Shown one piece after another: positions 34,848 through 45,530 of a stretch of DNA of 64,000 nucleotides (positions within the stretch are counted from its first letter, which is position 1; each line of letters opens with the position of its first letter). Position numbers and translations under genes: made by a program. The notes below the pieces were generated by a model. It searched no databases and was not told the DNA's origin. It worked only from the letters and a program-made list of their open reading frames with translations. The stretch comes from a virus (lineage: Duplodnaviria > Caudoviricetes): positions 1 to 64,000 of IMG/VR virus record IMGVR_UViG_3300049792_000048; one strand, written 5' to 3'.

Positions 34848-36353
34848 GTGATGAAGAAGCTCTCGGAGATCATCACAGAGCTGAAGCCGCATCAGCAGCG
34901 GGTGGTCGACCGTATCCAAAAACAGCCAGGGCTGGTTGTCGCTCACGGTATGGGCTCGGGCAAGACCCTGACCTCGATCGCCGCCGCAGAGCGCCTTGGT
35001 GGCAACACGACCGCGGTCGTCCCGGCATCGCTTCAGAGCAACTACCAGAAGGAGCTCGACAAGCATCTCAAGGGGACGCCGAACTCCAGCTACGACATCC
35101 AGAGCCTCCAGCGACAGGCCCTCCAGGGCAGCATCGCGCCCACGGATAATCTGATTGTCGACGAGGCTCACCGGATTCGTGACCCCTCCTCGATGTCGAG
35201 GAAGGTGGTCCGTGGAGCCGAAGCGAAGAAGCGGATGCTGCTGACCGGTACCCCGCTCTACAATCGTCCCTACGACATCGCATCGCTGGTCAATGTCGCC
35301 GCCGGCGAGAACGTCCTTCCTCCAGCCCAAGCCGACTTCGAGAAGCGCTACATCGGAGAGCGGAAGGTCGATCCAGGCTGGATTGCGCGCACGTTCCGTG
35401 GCGTGAAGCCTGGCTCGGTGGCGGAGCTGAAGCGCAAGGACGAGCTCTCGAAGATCTTGGGGCAGTGGGTCGACTTCCACGAGAACACGACCGAGAACTT
35501 CCCGACACGTCACGATGAAGTCGTGAACACCCCGCTTGGGAAAGAGCAGCAGAACGTCTACAACGCGTTGATGGGCGAAGCCCCTTCATGGATCAAGTAC
35601 AAGGTCCAACATGGACTTCCTCCGAGCAAGCAAGAGTCGAAGGACCTCAACGCGTTCTCCAGTGGTGTTCGTCAGGTCTCCCTGAGTCCTGCTGGCTTCC
35701 AGGAAGGGGTTACGCCCGATCAAGCCGCGGCGATGAGTCCGAAGCTTCAGACGGCCTACCAGCGGCTCTCTGATCAGATCGAGAAGAACCCGCAGCATCG
35801 AGCACTCGTGTACTCGAACTTCCTGGAATCAGGTCTTCATCCGTACGAGACGATGCTCCAGCAGGGGAAGATCCCCTACGGCAAGTTCACGGGAGAGCTC
35901 TCGAAGAGTGAGCGCGACCAGATGGTCACCGACTACAACTCCGGCAAGCTGAGAGCTCTGATGCTGTCGAGCGCGGGAGGCGAAGGACTCGACTTGAAGG
36001 GGACTCGACAGATTCAGGTTCTGGAGCCCCACTTCAACAAGGAGAAGCTGGAGCAGGTGATCGCTCGTGGTATCCGTTATGGCAGCCACGCCCATCTCCC
36101 GGAAGACCAACGAAACGTCGCCGTCGAGCACTACGTCTCGCAGCTCCCGAAGCCAGGTATCATTCGCAGGGCGTTCGGCGCGAAGCGTCCTGGCAGTATC
36201 GATGAGTACCTGCGCACGCTCTCCTCGCAAAAGGATGAGCTCAACCAGCAGGTGCGAGACATCCTGAAGACGACGACCGAGCAGCACTCTAAGACTTCGG
36301 GTCTCATGGATGTGGTGGTGTCGTACAGCGACTTGATGACGACTGTGTGTTAG
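34848..36353 (+). CDS. SNF2-family (SF2) helicase
   Basis: LKPHQ, HGMGSGKT, IVDEAH, LLTGTP, SSAGGEGLDL, QVIARGIRYGSH. Confidence 0.92.
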   Translation: MMKKLSEIITELKPHQQRVVDRIQKQPGLVVAHGMGSGKTLTSIAAAERLGGNTTAVVPASLQSNYQKELDKHLKGTPNSSYDIQSLQRQALQGSIAPTDNLIVDEAHRIRDPSSMSRKVVRGAEAKKRMLLTGTPLYNRPYDIASLVNVAAGENVLPPAQADFEKRYIGERKVDPGWIARTFRGVKPGSVAELKRKDELSKILGQWVDFHENTTENFPTRHDEVVNTPLGKEQQNVYNALMGEAPSWIKYKVQHGLPPSKQESKDLNAFSSGVRQVSLSPAGFQEGVTPDQAAAMSPKLQTAYQRLSDQIEKNPQHRALVYSNFLESGLHPYETMLQQGKIPYGKFTGELSKSERDQMVTDYNSGKLRALMLSSAGGEGLDLKGTRQIQVLEPHFNKEKLEQVIARGIRYGSHAHLPEDQRNVAVEHYVSQLPKPGIIRRAFGAKRPGSIDEYLRTLSSQKDELNQQVRDILKTTTEQHSKTSGLMDVVVSYSDLMTTVC

Positions 36354-36362
36354 CCTCCGGCC

Positions 36363-37286
36363 ATGGCAGTCGAAGTCGTCGATGTCTTGGTGCGGAGCGT
36401 CGCCGTTCCGAACCCGCCCACATCTGGAGTGTTGGTACGGGTCTATGACGTCACGGGCACGACGCTGATCACGGCCGGCATTACCGACGTCGATGGTCAT
36501 GTATCGTTCATGCTGGATGGAGGCAGCAGCAGCCACATCCGATATCAGCTTCGGACGTTCAAGATCGGGATGGCGCTGCCGCAGCCCGTGTACATCGACG
36601 TCTACTCGCCACCTGCGAGCTCACCGACCGGGACGAACAACTTTCGCCTCGATGCCGAGGTCTTCACGCTCCCGCCCGCAGTCGACCCTGCCCTGTGTCG
36701 CCTCAGTGGCTTCGTCCGTGACCCCGCCGGCCGAGCTCGTCGCGGCCTCGACATCCACTTCATCCACCGCTTCAAGCCCCTGATCGTGGGCGAGGGCGAC
36801 GACTCTGTCGGGGTCTTGGGTGAACGTATCGCAATCCGGACCGACAAGGATGGCTTCCTCCAAGTCGATCTTTATCGGAAGGGCTGCTACCACGCGATCG
36901 TGCAGAGCCACGAGAACGTAGCTCGTGATGTCTTCGTCCCGGACCTTGGGGCTGCGAACATCAACCTCGTTCTCTTTCCGCGCGTCTATGGGGTCGTGTT
37001 CACCCCCTCTACTTTGACGGTGGACGTGGGCACAACCCTCACGGTCAACGTGCAGGTTCAGCTCACCTCGGGGTACGTCATCAACGGCACGGCCTCCGAC
37101 GACATCGACTACAGCCAGCCAGATGGAAACCCGTCCGTTGATCTCCAGGTACTCGATGATCGACTCCTTCTTCGTGGACTCACAACCGGCGCTTCTACCC
37201 TCTTCGTCAAACGGAAGGACACAAGCCTCGCGTATGAACCCGACTCCCCCATCGTCGGCGATGCTACGACAATCCTCGTCGTATGA
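36363..37286 (+). CDS. Ig-like / carboxypeptidase-regulatory-like virion protein
   Basis: GVLVRVYD..GITDVDG, RTDKDG, TPSTLTVDVG beta-sandwich patterns. Confidence 0.55.
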   Translation: MAVEVVDVLVRSVAVPNPPTSGVLVRVYDVTGTTLITAGITDVDGHVSFMLDGGSSSHIRYQLRTFKIGMALPQPVYIDVYSPPASSPTGTNNFRLDAEVFTLPPAVDPALCRLSGFVRDPAGRARRGLDIHFIHRFKPLIVGEGDDSVGVLGERIAIRTDKDGFLQVDLYRKGCYHAIVQSHENVARDVFVPDLGAANINLVLFPRVYGVVFTPSTLTVDVGTTLTVNVQVQLTSGYVINGTASDDIDYSQPDGNPSVDLQVLDDRLLLRGLTTGASTLFVKRKDTSLAYEPDSPIVGDATTILVV

Positions 37287-37605
37287 AGTCGAGGCGGAAG
37301 AGCCACTTCCGCGTGATCCTGGGCAGCGGCTGCTGACCGCAATCCTGGTGCGTGCCATCAGGGACTTCGTCAACTACCGCGAGGCCAGCAAGGGCACCGA
37401 TTCGATTCGGATCGCCGAAGACGCCGCGGGTTGGATCTTCTGGGACGGCAAGGAGGACATGACCTTCCGGCACGTCTGCACCTCCCTCAACATGAACTAC
37501 AGGGACGTCCGCCGTCGCATCCTCACGCTGACGAAAGAGGACCTGGTTCGCATGACTCCTCCGGAGAACGACGAGGCAGTTGGCTCCGACGAAGATGAAG
37601 ACTGA
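37261..37605 (+). CDS. small conserved helical protein (start uncertain)
   Basis: RLLTAILVRAIRD..AAGWIF..TFRHVCTSLNMN..VRRRI. Confidence 0.55.
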   Translation: MLRQSSSYEVEAEEPLPRDPGQRLLTAILVRAIRDFVNYREASKGTDSIRIAEDAAGWIFWDGKEDMTFRHVCTSLNMNYRDVRRRILTLTKEDLVRMTPPENDEAVGSDEDED

Positions 37606-40136
37606 TGGCGGGATACACCTCAGAAGAGCTCCAGGCGAGCATCGATCAGTTCCTCTTGAGCACGGTCACGACCCCCAAGACGAACCTTGGTGCACGCGAC
37701 GTGCTGGCTGCACGGTCGGACATCTATGCCCTTCTGACGACCACGCTTCTTCTTCGCCCTGACAGCTACTTCTACGTGATCTGGCTGGCGAAGAATCGGC
37801 TCGAAGCTCTTCGTCGACAGCAGGCCGCAGCCCTCGCTGTCATCCTGGATCCCGCAACCACAGCGTCCCTTCGTCGACGAGGAAAGCCGGTGACCTCCAC
37901 CGCTGAGCTGACGAATGCTCAGGCGGCGCTGGTGAATGTCACTGCGGGCATCAATCAGGGTCAGGGTGTTCAGACCCGGGATCTCGGTCCCGAAGTGACT
38001 CGCTTCCGAAACAGCGTCGAGCGTTTCATCAACACGCAGATCAAGAGCAACGTCGTCAGCAACGGCGTGCCCACGGAGACCGCCGGCGAGACACGAGCTC
38101 GCATCGCGTCCTCGTGGGCGACCGTGAAGACGACACACGAACAGATGCTGGTGCTCTGCACGGCAATCATCGATGCCGTCAGCAACTTGAACTCGGTGAA
38201 GTTGCCGGAGCAGGCGGTCACGGGAGTCGTCTCGAAGCTTCAGGCCCGACTCACCGAGCTCACGGCTCAGCTTCAGGCGGACAAGGATGTCTCCACGCAC
38301 CGCGAGGCCATGCTCGACCTCTTGACGATGCGCACTCTGTTGGCCCGCGTGTCGTCCTTCCGTACGCCCCAACAGCTCCTGGCCCCTCTTGTCGGAGACT
38401 CCTCGCAGCTCACAGGCACTGGAGGAGTGAGTCCTGCGGCAATCGTTGGGACGAACAGTGGTCCCTTCAACGTGGCTCCGGCAGCCACGCTCGACTTCGA
38501 GTCAGGTAGTCCGATCGTCCCGTCGAGCATCACAATCGGGGCCTATAGCAACGCAGAAGCCCCCTCCCGTCAGTTCACCACCCTTCCCATCGTCTTCCCT
38601 GCGGGCGCGGCGCTCCGTCTCCGTGTCGATGGGGTCCTGTACCCGTCGGACGGGTCCTTCAGTAGCGCTTCTTACGCGTCGGTCGCGCTGTTCCTCACCG
38701 CCATTCAGAGCTACCTGACGGCGAACGTGGTGCCGGCAACGGCCTTCAGCGTCGGTACCCAGGTCTTCATCCGCAGCAACAGCTCTGCGGATGTCAGCAG
38801 CATCGAGGTGGTATCGGCAACGCTGGGACAGGCCGCGTTCCTCGTGGTCTCCGGCTTTGCTCCATACTCGGTGTGCCGTGGTGTCGAAGCGAAGACGATC
38901 ATCTCCGCAGCCACGTCTTCGCCAGGGGTACGGCTGTCTGAGATCAGGACCGAGTACTTCACGGGAAACGGAGTGACCCAGGCATCGTCGGTCATTCGCG
39001 TCGCAACCGTCCTCGGAACTGTGGATACGGCTGGCGGAGGGAGTTCGTTCTCTGCGGCTGAGAACATCGAGAATGCAGGAGTGAAGGTCAACGACTTCAT
39101 CATCATCGATCCGACGGGCACCGCACAGGTCGGAAAGATCACGCGGGTCTCGGGGGCCAGTTTTGATGTTGATGTTGATGTCTCCGACGTCGGGATCGTG
39201 GCCTACCGGGTCGGTCCGGATTTTCGCGGAGTTCCGGCTGGAGCTCGGGTGTTGGTCGGGTCGCCCACCGTCCCACTCAACCGAGGCCCCTATCGTGTCA
39301 TGTCGGGGACGATTGGTCAGATCACTGTCAACAGGACCTTCTTCACCACAAGCGACCCGATCTCCCTGACCGTCTTCACGTCGTACTTGCAGGCCACTGC
39401 CCCAGCTGCGACATCAGCCGATGGCATCACGGCTAACCCGTCCAGCGGAGGAGCGACGGCGGTCGGCTACACGGTCACGCCCACACAGACGAAGCCTGGG
39501 CTCACAGACTTCGTCTCGGGCGGGACGATCGACTTCTTCTCCCGAGGTGTCGGGGTTGGCGACTTCCTCACCCTGCTGACGGCTCCTTCGGCTGCGGTGA
39601 CCACCATCACCGAGGTCTTCATGGACGAGCTCATCGTCGAGCCGACCCCGTTCTTCGCAGGGTCGATTGGCTTCACCGTACAGAGCGCTCGCTACGCGTC
39701 GTGGACTATCTTGGTCAACGCCATCACGTCGTTCGTGAACGGCGCCGACTTCGGGGCAGCCGACTTCGCCATTACGCGCATTCTCAGTGGAGCAGACCCA
39801 CAGGTCCTGCTTTCGTCTTTTGGTCCGGTGGGCTTGTTTTCGACACAGGTCACATCTCTGGCGAGCATTCAGAACTACGTCGTTCCATTCGAGCGTACCG
39901 TCGACAACATCTTGAGGATGTTGGTCGAGCAGGGGTTCGATCGTGCCGCCGACCTCTTCACCACGCTTCAGGTGGTCGAGTTCTTCAGCATGCATCCTGA
40001 TGGCTCGTCCTATTCGACGAACCTGATCCGCGTCGCTGCGGATGTCACCAGGCAGGTCGCCCCGGTGTCCCGTTTCGCGAAGTCTGTGATCAACAGCCCA
40101 GAAGTGCGCCTACGCTCTCGTCGGATGACGACCTGA
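37605..40136 (+). CDS. virion structural protein (baseplate region)
   Basis: Helical N-terminus then beta-rich repeats (GVKVNDF, GVGVGDFL). Confidence 0.6.
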   Translation: MAGYTSEELQASIDQFLLSTVTTPKTNLGARDVLAARSDIYALLTTTLLLRPDSYFYVIWLAKNRLEALRRQQAAALAVILDPATTASLRRRGKPVTSTAELTNAQAALVNVTAGINQGQGVQTRDLGPEVTRFRNSVERFINTQIKSNVVSNGVPTETAGETRARIASSWATVKTTHEQMLVLCTAIIDAVSNLNSVKLPEQAVTGVVSKLQARLTELTAQLQADKDVSTHREAMLDLLTMRTLLARVSSFRTPQQLLAPLVGDSSQLTGTGGVSPAAIVGTNSGPFNVAPAATLDFESGSPIVPSSITIGAYSNAEAPSRQFTTLPIVFPAGAALRLRVDGVLYPSDGSFSSASYASVALFLTAIQSYLTANVVPATAFSVGTQVFIRSNSSADVSSIEVVSATLGQAAFLVVSGFAPYSVCRGVEAKTIISAATSSPGVRLSEIRTEYFTGNGVTQASSVIRVATVLGTVDTAGGGSSFSAAENIENAGVKVNDFIIIDPTGTAQVGKITRVSGASFDVDVDVSDVGIVAYRVGPDFRGVPAGARVLVGSPTVPLNRGPYRVMSGTIGQITVNRTFFTTSDPISLTVFTSYLQATAPAATSADGITANPSSGGATAVGYTVTPTQTKPGLTDFVSGGTIDFFSRGVGVGDFLTLLTAPSAAVTTITEVFMDELIVEPTPFFAGSIGFTVQSARYASWTILVNAITSFVNGADFGAADFAITRILSGADPQVLLSSFGPVGLFSTQVTSLASIQNYVVPFERTVDNILRMLVEQGFDRAADLFTTLQVVEFFSMHPDGSSYSTNLIRVAADVTRQVAPVSRFAKSVINSPEVRLRSRRMTT

Positions 40137-40168
40137 CGCGAGGGCCCAGGGAGTGATAGATTCTCGTC

Positions 40169-40495
40169 ATGCCCGAGCAGACCTCTGCTGAAGCGTCACG
40201 AGAGACCATGCAGCACTACCGTGAGGTAGTGGCGGACGTGGTTGGCGTTCTTCGGTCGCAAGAGGTCACGCGGAGCTTCACCAGCATCAGCCTCGAAGAA
40301 CTGATCGATCGGCGTATCGATCGCATCGAGGCCCCGGCGAGCGGAGAGAGACCAGGGCTCATCGCCCGCCTCGACAAGATCAAGAACGACTTCACGGCTG
40401 CAATCGACGGTATTCGGGAGACCCCCGCAGACGCCTTCCGTCAGCCGGACCCGGACACAGACGCCAACACCCCTGACACGGGAACGACCACGTGA
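40169..40495 (+). CDS. hypothetical protein
   Basis: TAGATT 6 nt before ATG. Confidence 0.55.
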   Translation: MPEQTSAEASRETMQHYREVVADVVGVLRSQEVTRSFTSISLEELIDRRIDRIEAPASGERPGLIARLDKIKNDFTAAIDGIRETPADAFRQPDPDTDANTPDTGTTT

Positions 40496-41145
40496 TCGAC
40501 ATCCAGGTCGTGCGTCTGAGCGATGTGCTCCCCATCACAGGCATCACTGCTGTGCCTGGGGTTCGTCCGCGTACAGTGCGGCTCACGGGACGTGACTTCA
40601 AGAACGTCGAGTCCGTCTACATCAATGGCTCGCCATCTCCCGAGTTCGTCATCCTGTCGGACTCGGAGATCTTGGCTCAGGTCCCGGCCGATCGAGTCCA
40701 GCAGTCCATCACCGAGGCCTACGTCCTCTCGACCCGCATCAGCTTCACAAGCCGCAGTTTGGTGGAGCTGAGCGTGGGGACCCGCCCACAGACGGTGGAG
40801 GGGACGCTCTCACTCGTACAGTCGTTCACCCGCATGCTGCTGCGAACCCCGGGCTCGAACATCTTTCATCGACAGAGTGGTGGTGGGCTCTTCAAGAACA
40901 TCGGTAAGGTCATCGGCACCAACGCCCGTGATCGTGTCGGTGCTGAAGCCGTCGTCGCTGTTGCGCGGACCCGGCAGTTGATGATTGCGTCGCAGACGCC
41001 TGACCGTAGGATCCCTCCCGAGGAGCGCCTTCTCACAGCAGAGATCATCGGTCTCGGGATCCAGCCCCGCGAGGGAACAGTGACTCTGTCTGTCAAAATC
41101 GACTCCGCCGCGGGCACAGCAGCTGCGGCAACGATCATCAGGTGA
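40492..41145 (+). CDS. baseplate wedge subunit (gp25-like) with N-terminal IPT/TIG domain
   Basis: VRLTGRDFKNVESVYING..SDSEI; LVQSFTRMLLRTPGSNIFH..GGGL; precedes J-like gene. Confidence 0.7.
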   Translation: MIDIQVVRLSDVLPITGITAVPGVRPRTVRLTGRDFKNVESVYINGSPSPEFVILSDSEILAQVPADRVQQSITEAYVLSTRISFTSRSLVELSVGTRPQTVEGTLSLVQSFTRMLLRTPGSNIFHRQSGGGLFKNIGKVIGTNARDRVGAEAVVAVARTRQLMIASQTPDRRIPPEERLLTAEIIGLGIQPREGTVTLSVKIDSAAGTAAAATIIR

Positions 41146-41148
41146 ACC

Positions 41149-44100
41149 ATGGCCCAGACTGACATCAAGACCTTCTTGCAGGACCTGCTGGTTCGCTTCG
41201 ACCCGTCGATCGACTTGTCGGACGGCAGTCGTGCGCAGACCGAGATCATCGAGCCGATCCTGGGCCGCATCGGTACCGATCCGTTCGACACCGACATCGA
41301 GACCTTCGTCCGTGAGCGAATCACGCAGGCGTTCCCCAAGCTCAACATCACGCAGACCGCGGCCCTCGAAGACACTCTCATCAGTCCGATGCGAGTGCTG
41401 CTGGAGCCGATCGTTCGTGAGGTGAAGCTGGTCAAACTTCGACAGTCCGCAATCGCGAATGCGGAACGTGTCGGGGATGATGAAGTTGATGCTGTCATCG
41501 CGAACTTCTTCGAGGGCCGCAAGACCGGCGGCTACGCTCGTGGTGTCGTGCGGGTGAACTTCCAGGCCCCCACGACGGTCTCCTTCACACTGATCCAGGT
41601 CGCTTCCACCCGAAGCGGGCTTCGCTTCCTGCCATCGCCGGCGCAGACGATCACTGCCGACCAGATGCTCCTGAACCGTGATGGTCAGGAGTTCTACTGC
41701 GACATCAGCTACGTCGCAGAGAAGCGTGGTGACGAGTACAACGTCGACCGCGGAGAGATCATCACGATTGCGAACCTGTCATCGGCGTCGAGGGTTCGGA
41801 ACCTCAATCGGTTCGACAGTGGTGTTCCCCGCGAGAACAGTATCGACCTCGTTGCTCGCGTCGAGTCGAAGCAGGGCGATCGGACCCTCACCACCTCGCG
41901 CGGCATCATCTCCGAGCTCACGGACAACTTCCCTGCGGTCCGCAGGATTCAGGTGATTGGGTTCAAGGACCCCGAGATGCTTCGCGACATCGTGAAGGGT
42001 GGCGGTCTCGGTCCGGCTCTCCCTCCTGACACCTTCGGTCCCGTCTACGGTGCAGCTCAGGCTGTCGATGATGGTGATGGTAACGTCACCACCAAGCGCC
42101 TCTCGGCGTCGACGGGTCACTTCGTGTCGCGCATCGGCTCGGCGGGCTCGGATCCCTCCGCATTCTTCCTCACTCTCGTCTACGAAGACTCGGGACCCGT
42201 GTTGGTGGATGCGCGGGTGTTGGAGGTCATCTCCGACACCGACGTGCTGGTCGACTACGAGTTCCCATCGTTCCCGCTCAACGTGAGCTGGATGCTTCGC
42301 AAGCGCGAGCTGACGATCTCCGACATCCCCGGAGGCATCACCTTGCCGGACACGCCTGATGGACAGCTCATCATCAGGTCCGACGAAGTGCACATCGGTG
42401 GCAAGACCGATCTCTACATCGCGGGTGCTGTGGTTGCACAGACCGTGGCCATCGAGGGCATCTCGGACGAGCAGCCCATCGCTCGCGGCTCGAACGCACA
42501 GACCGGTGTCGCCCTCGGCTCTCCTCCTGCGCTTGACTGGATCATCATCAACGATCCTCCGGGAGGCGCCGCAGCACTCCAGGCCCTCATCTCGGACGGC
42601 AGCTTCAGCATCGTGCTCGATGAAGGAGTCGACGTCGGAAGCTATGACGTCCGCGACAGTGTGGTCTCGGGCTCCACGCTCCAGGTTCGGGTTCCAGTCG
42701 CACTCACGGGTGTCGTGGCAAACCTGCTCTGGAAGATCGTCGATGAAATCAACATCGAGCTGACCGAGACGAAGGACATCAAGGTCGAGGGTGCAGACCT
42801 AGTGATGGTGGCCGGCAACGCTCTGATCACCACTCTCTCTTCAACAAACTTCATCGATGCAAACGTGCAGCAGAACGACATCGTTCGTGTCGATGCGGAT
42901 GAGGCTGGTGGCGACTTCACCGTGCAGGTCGTCGGTGCCGTGTCTCTTCAGGTGTCGCCGGTGCCCATCCGCACTCTGTCGAATCTGAGCTACACGATCT
43001 TTCGTCCGAGTGGCAACGTGCTCACGCCCGTGGTCCGCATCACCGCTCTCGATCTCCTCGACAGCGGTGGCGCTCCGAACGGTGTGAAGATCCCGTACCG
43101 TGACCCGGTCGCGATCATCACCCGCGGCTTCCAGAACGAGGGCTCTGGAGTCGAGTTCGAGGGTTTCCCGCGCTCGATCGGACTCGTTACGGGGGCGATC
43201 GTCACGAGTGTCAACTTCGGCGGAGGGGCCACACTCCTCTTCAACTTCCGCAAGCCGTTGAAGGTCTTCGCTGGTCTGTCGGTGAAGCCTCTGACTCCCG
43301 GCGGCACGTACACCCTGAACCTCGTGGGTATCCTGACTCCGTCTGCGATCGCCACCATCATCAACACCACGGCTGAGCTCGTGGAGCGTCAGGTTCGCGC
43401 TTCCGTGCTGACCTACAACGGAAGCACGTACGTCGGCATCTACTGTCCCGAGTTCGTGGTGATGGGCATCGGTGGCACCGCCAACGCACTGTTGGGCCTC
43501 CCGACGAGTGGGAGGGGTGCAACGAACGCCGACATCGGGCTCCCCACGTTCAATCCACGTCAGGGCGACCTCATCGAGTTCGTCGACGGCAACAACCGCG
43601 GGACGACCCGAGTCTTGCGGGGACACGAGACGTCGTATCTCGCAGCTCTCGTGGGCCTCGGTCCCACGGACGAGGCCTATTCGCTGCCCCTGCATCAGGT
43701 GCAGGTTCTTCTTCCCGAGGTGGGTGTGCGCATCCGTATCGGGCGCCCCTCCGTCGGCTCGGCCCGGGTCTACTTCCTCGCTCCGACATCGGCGGAGTTC
43801 CGCTACCTCACGGCGCAGTTCTCGGTGCTGGTCGGCACGGACACGCTGCTCTATCGCCCTGACCCTGAGAACGATCGCGTCATCCAGCCGCCCCCGCCAC
43901 TCACCGCCCTCCCCGACAATGGGACGACCTCCCTGGGCGCCGTCACGACTGCATTCGAGGATACGACGGTGAACTTCCAGGCTCTCGGGGTACAGGAAGG
44001 GGACTACCTCGACGTCCTCTACCGCCCCATCAAGTCGACTTCTCCTCTCCCGTCTCCAGGAACAATCTCGGCGATCGTGGGCAAGAACTTGATCCTGCGG

Positions 44101-45180
44101 CTCGACGAGAACCCGTGGATCACCGTCGCCTTCCCGATCGCGCTCACACGCAGCGACCTGGTCGACTACATCAACACGCAGGTCGGTACCGACATCGCAA
44201 CGATTGATGGCTCGGGCTATCTGGTCTTCCAGAGCTCCTCGCTCATCACCTTCCGTGAAGACAGCACGATCTTCTCCCCGGACACGCTGTTCCTCAACGG
44301 TGCCCCGAGGAGCTCTGCCCACCCGCGTGCTGGGACATACATCATCAACGCGGTCGAGCCCACCGTGCTGACACTCTCGGTCGACACCCCCTTCGGGAGC
44401 TCAAGTGCCGTCGCTGACACCAGCTACCGGATCCGGCGAGCGTTGCAGCGCATCAGCTCGACGGAGATGAACAACAACCAAGACGAGACCGGCCTCTACT
44501 ACGTGGATGTCGAGCTCCTCTCGTTGGCCCCCGGCGATCGAAACAACGCCCCGTCCATGCTCGTCATGGATGCCGTCGGTGTGGTGTCGGATGGCTACCG
44601 GCTCTATGCAAACAACAACACGCTTTCGTACAGTCGCGCGGAGCGTTTGTTCGCTGGGATCAGCAGGACCATCCTCCTCGTCGGCTCGTCCGACAGCCCC
44701 TCGGAGTATGTCCAGCTCAGTCGTCAGAACGTGCAGGTCAGCTACGACCAAAGTCAACTCGTCGATGACGTGCAGAGCTTCTGCGACTCCGACTTCCATC
44801 GCGTCGTGAACGAGGAGATCTTGGTCCGGCATCTCCTGCCGCACTATGTGAACGTCTCCTGGCGCTACGCCGGCGGCGACACCGAGACGACGATGCGGGC
44901 CGCCCTCAACACGGCGCTGGAGACCGTCGAGGCGAACGAGCAGCTCGAAGTCATCGACGTGACGCGAGTCATGACGGCCCGTGGTGCGACCAGCATCTAC
45001 AGCCTCGATCCCGAGTCCCCGACGGGACGTAACGCTCCGGTGATGATCGTCATCTATCACGACGTCGATCGGAACGTGCGGGTCGCGATCGTTCGCGACT
45101 ACGTGCAGACCAGCCGTACACAGCGCTTCATCGGTGACAACCTCGCCATCGTCCGCATCGCTCCTGGAGGTCTGCGTTGA
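41149..45180 (+). CDS. baseplate J / gp6-like wedge protein
   Basis: NFF..RKTGGYARGVVR..VAEKRGDEYNV..VRN..FDSG..RE pattern; 1343 aa. Confidence 0.75.
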   Translation: MAQTDIKTFLQDLLVRFDPSIDLSDGSRAQTEIIEPILGRIGTDPFDTDIETFVRERITQAFPKLNITQTAALEDTLISPMRVLLEPIVREVKLVKLRQSAIANAERVGDDEVDAVIANFFEGRKTGGYARGVVRVNFQAPTTVSFTLIQVASTRSGLRFLPSPAQTITADQMLLNRDGQEFYCDISYVAEKRGDEYNVDRGEIITIANLSSASRVRNLNRFDSGVPRENSIDLVARVESKQGDRTLTTSRGIISELTDNFPAVRRIQVIGFKDPEMLRDIVKGGGLGPALPPDTFGPVYGAAQAVDDGDGNVTTKRLSASTGHFVSRIGSAGSDPSAFFLTLVYEDSGPVLVDARVLEVISDTDVLVDYEFPSFPLNVSWMLRKRELTISDIPGGITLPDTPDGQLIIRSDEVHIGGKTDLYIAGAVVAQTVAIEGISDEQPIARGSNAQTGVALGSPPALDWIIINDPPGGAAALQALISDGSFSIVLDEGVDVGSYDVRDSVVSGSTLQVRVPVALTGVVANLLWKIVDEINIELTETKDIKVEGADLVMVAGNALITTLSSTNFIDANVQQNDIVRVDADEAGGDFTVQVVGAVSLQVSPVPIRTLSNLSYTIFRPSGNVLTPVVRITALDLLDSGGAPNGVKIPYRDPVAIITRGFQNEGSGVEFEGFPRSIGLVTGAIVTSVNFGGGATLLFNFRKPLKVFAGLSVKPLTPGGTYTLNLVGILTPSAIATIINTTAELVERQVRASVLTYNGSTYVGIYCPEFVVMGIGGTANALLGLPTSGRGATNADIGLPTFNPRQGDLIEFVDGNNRGTTRVLRGHETSYLAALVGLGPTDEAYSLPLHQVQVLLPEVGVRIRIGRPSVGSARVYFLAPTSAEFRYLTAQFSVLVGTDTLLYRPDPENDRVIQPPPPLTALPDNGTTSLGAVTTAFEDTTVNFQALGVQEGDYLDVLYRPIKSTSPLPSPGTISAIVGKNLILRLDENPWITVAFPIALTRSDLVDYINTQVGTDIATIDGSGYLVFQSSSLITFREDSTIFSPDTLFLNGAPRSSAHPRAGTYIINAVEPTVLTLSVDTPFGSSSAVADTSYRIRRALQRISSTEMNNNQDETGLYYVDVELLSLAPGDRNNAPSMLVMDAVGVVSDGYRLYANNNTLSYSRAERLFAGISRTILLVGSSDSPSEYVQLSRQNVQVSYDQSQLVDDVQSFCDSDFHRVVNEEILVRHLLPHYVNVSWRYAGGDTETTMRAALNTALETVEANEQLEVIDVTRVMTARGATSIYSLDPESPTGRNAPVMIVIYHDVDRNVRVAIVRDYVQTSRTQRFIGDNLAIVRIAPGGLR

Positions 45181-45530
45181 TCGCGAACTATCCCAATCGC
45201 ACTTCGTCCAGCACGGGTTGGTACGTCACGGTCTACAGCAACGGGACGTACGGCACTGGAGATGGCTATGGCTACGCGTCCAACCTGCCGTACCCGCCGC
45301 TGCCCACGACGCGTCGTGAACGGAAACTGGCGGCTTTGCTGAGGGAGTTCGACGGAGCGGTGAAGCAGGTCGAGCATCGACTTCAGGTCGAGGCGGCTTT
45401 CCAGAAGGTCCTCTCCGACACGAGGTCGCGGGAGCGTCGACCACACCCGTCAGTGCGTAGGGGCAAGGAGCGCCGGATGCAGACGTACACTGCTGCACTC
45501 GCAGCACGGATGGCGTCGCGGCGGCCCTAG
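45177..45530 (+). CDS. hypothetical protein
   Basis: TTGA overlap, GGAGG SD. Confidence 0.4.
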   Translation: MIANYPNRTSSSTGWYVTVYSNGTYGTGDGYGYASNLPYPPLPTTRRERKLAALLREFDGAVKQVEHRLQVEAAFQKVLSDTRSRERRPHPSVRRGKERRMQTYTAALAARMASRRP

